Shown one piece after another: positions 56,062-64,000 of a stretch of 64,000 bases of DNA (the first letter of the stretch is position 1; every line of letters begins with the position of its first letter). The position numbers were made by a program, and so were the translations under genes. The stretch is from Octopus sinensis (lineage: Eukaryota): assembly GCF_006345805.1 (NCBI RefSeq), contig NC_042997.1:6324001-6388000 (forward strand). Reading direction: 5' to 3'. The notes beneath the pieces are model-generated. The model made no database searches, had not been told where the DNA came from, and saw nothing but the letters and a program-made list of their open reading frames with translations.

Positions 56062-57819
56062 GATATTGTGTAGCTGCGTGCAGGTGTTTTGTATTGGTCT
56101 CTTTGCTTTAAACATATGAACAATAGTCTGATCTATAATAATATTTTTAGCCTCGCTAAGAAATAATGACCCCGATTATGAAACACTTGTTTCACACGCA
56201 GCAATTATAGTGGACTATCGATTAGTTTTGAGTTACATTAAAGCCACTGATAACGTTAATATTCTCACCTCAAACTGTTCAGATACAGAGTGTTTTCCTA
56301 CAGATTAGTTTAAAGTTTAACTGGCTATACAGTACACGATTAACAAGTCAGATCAAACCGTGGATTTGCTTTATTATTTAACGTCAGGCTGGAGAAAGTG
56401 CGTATGAAATTAAAACTGTTACCATGGTTTCGTTAATATGTGTTTATTAAATTCATATTTATCTAATATATTTTTATACCAACGGCGAAAAGAAGAACAT
56501 ATAGTTGTACTTCATTTGCACTGCACCCAGGAATTGTGGGCGAGTCGTTTATCAATTATATATACCTGCTGTTAAATCCTGTCACGGATCTAACTCTTAT
56601 GCCTGTTTCTTTTTCTTTCGTTTTGGAGACTGAAATATTGTGTACTGGCGATGCCTAGGCTTAAGTGTCAGTCAGCGTTGCTTCACTGATATACAAGCGA
56701 ATGTTAATACATTTTTAGTGTTGAATCGTAGGTATGTGTTGGTATGATATTACCCCTAGATTACTGACTGAAACATCCTGCTTGACAAGTCTATATTTTT
56801 TAAATACATATATCGGTTACTTTATTGTATAGTTGTTTCGTTAGTCACTGCATATTTTGCTGAGGCTTCAAAATTTGTGAAGCAAATTTCAAGGCGTTTT
56901 ACACACAACCCAAGTTGGCAACTAATACAGTATAATATATTCCAAATGTTATGCTTTATTTATGAGTTAATAACATAGGTTCCTCGTAACACTCTTATTC
57001 TATTCAATCTGTTTGGACGAACACATAATGAGTCTAACATTTCCTGTTTCTAAACAGATTGTATTACTGAAATATAACCCTATTGATATTTGCTATTTAA
57101 CTAAGAGACTCTACAAGCAAAAGATAGAGAATTGTCTTTCGTTTCACCGTTCTTGTGGTAGAAATATTTGTGGTATGAGCTAATTTTCTAACAAAACAAG
57201 GCAGTTGGTACCTTCAATTTAACATTTTCTAACCCAGCAGCGTCTCTTAATTAATGATTGATGTATTCAACAGCCATTACGGCCCCCAATAACTTACAGA
57301 TATCCTATGAAATTTAACTAACCCTGGGATTTATTGGATTGTTAATGGGATGTTTGATGTAACTTGCGGTATATATAACGGAGTTATACGTGTCTTATTG
57401 TCAGTTTGCAAAGACAATTTAGCCACGAGTTTAATGTCACCAAAATACTGAGACTAAATAATATGCTAATGGAGTTGATTATCAATTTAAAAGGCATATC
57501 CTCAGAATCAGTATAAAAGGAAGTTGAGTCTTGAAATAGAGTGTATAAAGCAAATCATAAGGCACGTTTGTGCCTTTTTTTACTAAATAGTTTGTGGGTA
57601 TGAATTATGTAACTTGATTCGATTATGAAAATGTGAATTCGTGTGATGCATATAAGAGATGAAAACGGGTACTCAAGTTCTTTCAAATAGGCTGGTGATT
57701 TTCTATTTATACGTGTTGGGATAAAATTACAAAACCCTCAAGTTATGTTTCCGGGTCTCCTAAACATCACATTCTGGTTGCTAATAATGCCATGAACAAA
57801 CCACCCAACTCTCTAACAG

Positions 57820-57900
57820 TCGAAGCAGCCCCACCTCCAACAACAACTACAAAAGCAACAACAACAACAACAACAACAACACCAACAACAGCAACAGCAA

Positions 57901-57935
<35 letters not shown>

Positions 57936-57965
57936 ACAGCAACAACAACAACAGACTTTTCATGA
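57820..57965 (+). repeat. Mixed CAA/CAG trinucleotide tract (possible poly-Gln exon)
   Basis: Reads SKQPHLQ3LQKQ8HQ24TFH in one frame, between taacAG and GTaatt. Confidence 0.8.
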
Positions 57966-58254
57966 GTAATTATGTACTCGCTATTTGAAACAGTAAATAT
58001 GCGAAAACGGCAAATTTCTTCTTTCGTAGAATCGATGATTTTAAACATAAATGATCTCACAAGCAGTGTTTTAAGATACATGAAATAAGTAGTGTCACAT
58101 ATATGCACTGAGTTAGCCTTTGAAAATTATGTGGAACTGAATGATTGTAGTGAAGAGGTATACCGCAGCTCCTACGGTATTCAACAGACTATATATCTAG
58201 GTACGATTTATACAAAGAAATAATTGTCCAAGCCTAGCCTTGAGTGCTGTGATA

Positions 58255-58640
58255 TCTATCTTTCTGCTCAGTCGAAGTCGACTCTCCGTCACTCGTTGGA
58301 TCAGTGTCCTCCAGTCAGTTCTATCCTGGGCCGCTTCTTTCAGATTGGCTATGTCCATTCCCTTGTCACTCTTGATGGTGTCAAGCCTGCGGGTTCTTGG
58401 TCGGCCTCTTCTTCTCTTGCCACTGATCATTCCGAGCATGATGTCCTTCTCCAGGGATTTTCTCCGCATATGACCGAAATATGACAATCTATGCTTAGTG
58501 ATCCTAGCTTCTAGCGACATTTTCGGCCTGATCTGCTTAAGAACTTCTCCATTGGTGAGCCTCGCTGTCTATGGAATCCCGTAAAAGTCTTCTCCAACAC
58601 CAAAGCTTGAATGCACTAATTCTCTTCTGGTCATACTAGG
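58255..58640 (-). mobile_element. RTE-clade LINE 3' fragment
   Basis: SLEARITKHRLSYFGH…EKDIMLG…GKRRRGRPRTR…AAQDRTDWR. Confidence 0.88.
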
Positions 58641-61600
58641 CAAGAAATAAGTAGAATTCTCGTTGTTCCGTTTCTTATTTGAAAATCCTACGTGAACCCT
58701 ATTGGATAATGACTGCATTTTTATCATAATTTTACGTATGAATAAATTCTGCATAAAGAAACGAAAACAAGTTAATTCAACAATCATCCATTTTGAAGAG
58801 GAGTCATCAATTAACGCGATTGGTGATATAAATGTTCATATTTTGTGCTGTTCTTAGTAACAGAAATCTTTTCTATTTGCAGTGTTGTTAATGTATAGCA
58901 GCATTGGAGTTACGGTACAGTGACACCATTAAGCTTCGTATTTCTGTGATTCTAAACATTAAAGACGTGATGAACATTAAAGACCTGATGAAAATAGCTA
59001 TGCATACACATATATATATGCACGCATACATACATTCATACATACATACATGCATATAGACAGAGAGAGAGAGAGCGAGATAGAGAGAGAGAGAGAAATA
59101 GATAGATATATGTAGCTATCATTATACTGTACTTATAAATATAATGATTTTTTCCCCATTTAGCCATTATTTATTGATGTATCTGTGCCAATACGTGAAA
59201 TATTATTTAATCCTGAAGCATATGTGTGCCTGTGTTTGTGTGTGGGTGGGTGTATGTGTGTGTGTCTGTTTGTACTTATAAATGACAATACGGTACATAT
59301 TATCCATTAATGTCTAACTCTAGCACGTATACACTCTTCTATCAACGAAGGTCAACACTTTTAATTAAAGGAATGATTTCCATGCTCTTTATTCTTAACC
59401 CTATTTAAAGATGACATCGATAATATTTTATCAGTCTGCTGCAGATTATTTATTGAAGATACTAGACTTGCCAGACACTTTAGATTATATGTCTGTTTAT
59501 CATCTTGCGAGTTAAGAATTCTTTTGTGCCAGTTTTATTCTTTAATTAAACCAATTCAATATCTGATACCGATGGACGAAAATGTTTTTAATAACATTTA
59601 GAAAACGAATGATTCTACAATCAATGATAACGTACTGCAGTAACATACTGTCACACGTATACTATGAGACAACAAAAAGCAACAAAATGTCTAAGGTTTG
59701 GACATGTTTTTCTACTATTTTGTAAAATAGTAAAATAACCTACTCTCTAAGCGAAAATTCATTATATCTTAAGTTTATTAACGCAATATACTTCTCTGTT
59801 AGGAACGTTAGGTATTAGTGACATGTTTATGCATAAACATTCTCACAAATTGTATTAAGTACGATTTTTATGGTATCTGTAACCAAGATTAGAGTACAAG
59901 TTTTATTGTACATTGCACTATTCTACCTTATGTTGATACTTTCTACTTTCAAGATTGTGTAGTGCCATAGTTTGAAGTTTATATTCCGACTTTATACGAT
60001 CTCTTACACAAATGGAATATAGGGTCCAATTCTTAATAATTGTTTCGTCTAAAGGAAATGATTCGATTCCATATGTTGTTGTAAATTTTAAACCATACTA
60101 CTTGTTTAACTAATGAACTCTTATTCATACATTTGGAAACAGTTATTGTTCTTAAAATACTTATCATATCATACTTTCTCAATTTTAATGATGTCATTCA
60201 CACGTTACAGAGAATTGCTTTTCTTGGTCTTAAAAGGAAAACATACCTGAATATGTTGGAAGCAATGTTCATAGTTTAATTCGATTAAAAATTAACGACG
60301 TATTATTTTCAAGTGCGAATTTCATACAACTAGTTTATGTATCCCCCTGATACAATTAACTAGCAATAGCAGAAGAATGTGTTCACCGAACATAGTGAGT
60401 TAAAACACTCTCATAGAATGATTAAAATATAGGTTTTAATTATAGTTGTGAAAATAAATCCAGCACCATGCATATTTTACCACTTCAAACAATGGCGAGT
60501 TTCTTGCATCTAATAATTATTAGAAATAGGTAGAAACGTGGGGCAATATGCTCGGCATTGAGAGAAGTGCTGACAATTGATGTTCTGGTAAGTAAAGAAA
60601 ATGAATATTCTTGAGAATTAATCTTCTTCTAAATAGATACAGAATGAAATTAAGAAGCGAAGTAAGAGTATCAATTCCGCATATTGAGAATTCATACGAT
60701 TAAAATTTTTTAGTCGCAGTTTAAAGCTCATAAAAATGTGTGCCTATGGCTCAATGGCTTTAGTTTACTGGTAAATATTTTCTTGGCAACGCATAAGGAA
60801 GAATTATTTAGTAGCTGTAATGTCAATTATGTGAAGGTTACATAAGGTGAGTATAATGCCATTTGCAGAATTAGAAGCACTTGAGAGACCATTCCTCTCG
60901 CTTTGATCTATAAAGCTCACGAAGAAACGACGTTTTATATTCTTATGTACGGCTGCAAAGTATAAGAGCAAAGTGCAATTGCGTTAGTTAACCGATTGCA
61001 ACAGTAGGGCAGGATTTAACTTAAACTTCTGTTGTTCATAAAATGGCATTGTACTAAATTTTGCTTTGCTCTAAACTTTTGGCACTTATCTTACACAATT
61101 GAGGAGATGAGAAATAGAGAGAGCCCACATATGACCACATTTACTGTGAGGACCACTCATCAGTTACCTTTCAACGATAAATATTAATTAGTACACATTT
61201 AAAAAAGATACTGTCGCATATCTGGCCAGTGTAGCATTATGCTAGATATCTATCCATATCCTCTCTATTGCTTGCTGCATGATTTAACTCACAACAGTAG
61301 CATATTTATAGCATCCAGATAAATCTCGGGACATGGAATATGTTGATTTCCCTTTTCTGTAGAATTGGAAGATATAATATCAGTAGGATGATGTGCTTAT
61401 TTTCACATTTAGAAATTCACGGAAAGGTTCAATGAGGAATAGTGAATATGAAAATAGTATAGAGTTAGTAGCATACATTTTACTGTTATACAAATATTAA
61501 AACACCTATAAAATACCAAATAAATGAGATATGATCCTCAGTGTAATGGAATGCTGTAAGAAAAGTGTATCTAATATCTACGTATTTATTCTACATATAC

Positions 61601-63207
61601 TATTGGTTTCTACTTACATTTTCTTTAGTATTTATTACATTGTACACAATTACATTAAAAATATACAGAGCATAACAACCATGTTTCTCAACAATGCATA
61701 CATACAAATATGTACGCACATACACAAACACATACAGATACTCACGCAAACACACACATATACATTTATTAAGAAAAAGGATTTAATCGATTATATACAA
61801 ACACAAACACACACACACACATGTTTCTCTTTCTTCAATTCCACAGTATTCATAGTTTTCATTAAATATAATTCACTACTTATAGATATATCAAATAGCT
61901 TTTCGTGATATAAAATTCAACAAACATATTGGTCCGATTCTAATAGCAGAAAAATCTTCGATTTTAAATTGGCAACTGCAGGAAATAAATTGGAATATAT
62001 AATACATGTCTTCAAATTCCAAAACAGACATGAAGTAGAATATATAATTTAAATAAGAGTATTTGAAAAGCGATCTCTAAATTAGTCAGCAGAAAATTAA
62101 AGTTATTTAGTTATGTAAACCAGGAAATGGATTGATATATTTTGATTTTGCGAAAAATATGTGAAGTGCTATCAAAGAATGTCAACATAAATTTCACATC
62201 CTTTATCAATGTCACTTGTGATATATGAATCTGTATCTTCGCAGCATGTGTTCTCAAATACTATTAGGTACTAAGAATTCTTGAGACATATTCCTACTCA
62301 ATTGAAGGGAAAATCCACGAAATGATACCCGAGGGAGAAAGTTGAAGAAAATTACTTGCCTGGTCCTAATTCGGAATTGAGGGTGCTGTTCGAATAGGAA
62401 AATGAGTATAAACGACATAGCGCATCGCTTGGTCCCGCAATCGAAATTTACAGCTTCACAAATTTAAGCACAATGCATTAAACTCAACTTCTCTCAGCAC
62501 GGGTAAGTAAACTAGGCTCAATTTCTCGATGTATAATTTCCAAAATTTGCGCACACATAGAAAACCAACACTCAATAATATGTAAGGGATAGCGGCCCGG
62601 GTCCCTGTTTATATTACAAAAAAATCGGGTACGTCCAACATCAAGTTGGGAAAGACTGAGAGTTATTTGTGGATTATTAGACGTATATATGTAAGGTATA
62701 GTAACGTTTGATAGTTATGATGTATTTTTCTCTTAATCCCTAATTTTATGATCATTTAAAACCTTTCCTATTTCTTTTATCTCCCTTTGCTGATTGATCC
62801 CTAATGCGCGCGCACACACACATACTGTATCATTCTCCTTCTCCCTCTCTCTCTCTCTCTCTCACACACACATCTAGATAACTTACACGTGCATACATAT
62901 ACACGTATTTTCGATTATCCATCACAAACACGTTATTAATATTTATCTTTAAATATTTTAACAACGAAATGCTTATATGCGGTTTCTGAATATACAAATA
63001 TGTTTTGTACATATTTCACATTCAAATGTCTCACATTGTTCAATTTTCAGTTATTGTGCTCTGCAAATCCGGACGTGAATTTCCATAAGCTAACATATAT
63101 CTCATATATAATACTTTATAAAAATATGAAATAAATTTTGTGGATGAACAGGCTTCCACACCCTTTATTATTAATAGTCTAATATGTGTGTGTGTGCGCG
63201 CGCGTAT

Positions 63208-63548
63208 AGGGTAAAGACGCCCTTCGGTAATGAATGACCATGGGATTACATCTACAATGTTCCCCTGTGATGTACATGTCCGGGCAAGGTTGTTCATTGA
63301 AGACTGGTAATCGCTCATGCATACAAGTCTCCCTCGTCCACGCCTCTAATGTTATCCAAGAGAAAGACAGATACACCTTGGCACTAGTGATGCTGCAACT
63401 CATTTCTACAGCTGAGTGAGCTGGAGTAACGTGAAATAAAGTGTCTTCCACAAGGCATATGACAATTAAAAATCATGTCCTGGAATCTAACTCACTATCT
63501 CATGATTGTGATCCGGACGTTCTAACCACTAAGTCACATGCCTTCACT
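63208..63548 (-). mobile_element. tRNA-derived SINE family 3
   Basis: On the minus strand: gtgaaggcatgtgacttagtggttagaacg (A box), gagttagattcc (B box-like), a core gacactttatttcacgttactccagctcactcagctgtagaaatgag, and the 3' end catggtcattcattaccgaagggcgtcttt. Confidence 0.8.
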
Positions 63549-64000
63549 ATATTTGTATATATATGTATTTATGTATATATGAATACATATATGTAACTAC
63601 ATTTGTGTGTGCGTGTATTTATCTCTGTGTGTTTGTGTGAGAAATTATATGGATAAACAGATTAGACACACCCACCATAGTAGATACATTAAATGCATCA
63701 AATAAAAAATATACATATACGTATACATGCAGAACGAGAAGAAAGCAAAAGGTGGTAACTTTCAGGTGACGAGACTCTATCGTTAAATATACAGATAGTT
63801 ATATTATTAGATGCAAAAGACAGAGAAAAGTAATGAGGTGGAAGAAAGGTGTTATAAGTCTAACAGCAATTTACGGTGACACGACGATCCATAATGATAA
63901 TGGTAGATTTATCTCATCACTATATACGGCCGTATGGATGCAGATAGCGTCGGGTGAGATGAGCCTCCGTCATATAGCAATATTATATAAATGCAAGGAT

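Noticed and set aside
57546-57570. taaggcacg, the start of miR-124
   Set aside because: Only 9 nt match, and the hairpin is too small for a pre-miRNA.
62280-62510. GC-richer island ending in CGG|GTAAGT on the + strand
   Set aside because: No open frame or clear acceptor; a donor hexamer alone is expected by chance in 64 kb.

Overview
AT-rich, microsatellite-laden eukaryotic DNA. The SINE families, (TA)n/(AAT)n load and LINE content look like an octopus or other cephalopod genome; this is recognition, not a database result. No complete protein-coding gene, rRNA, tRNA or CRISPR array is visible, and most ORFs in the track are microsatellite or transposon artefacts. Most recognisable sequence is mobile DNA: four near-identical CR1-clade LINE copies embedded in (TA)n arrays (one with a full-length but frameshifted ORF2; two forming a tandem duplicate; two forming a tail-to-tail inverted pair), decayed Tx1/L1, R4/Dong and RTE LINEs, a full-length mariner with TIRs, a maT/Tc1-like remnant, three tRNA-type SINE families and six copies of a ~570-bp element flanked by (AAT)n. 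Other structures of note are a 204-bp spacerless palindrome, a hairpin plus hammerhead-ribozyme-like motif at 34.8 kb, a possible spliced 5' end of a minus-strand gene at 0.2-1.9 kb and a few isolated exon-like or recursive-splice-like signals. Many single-base indels suggest an imperfectly polished assembly, which limits conclusions about frameshifts and duplications. Coordinates of decayed elements are approximate.
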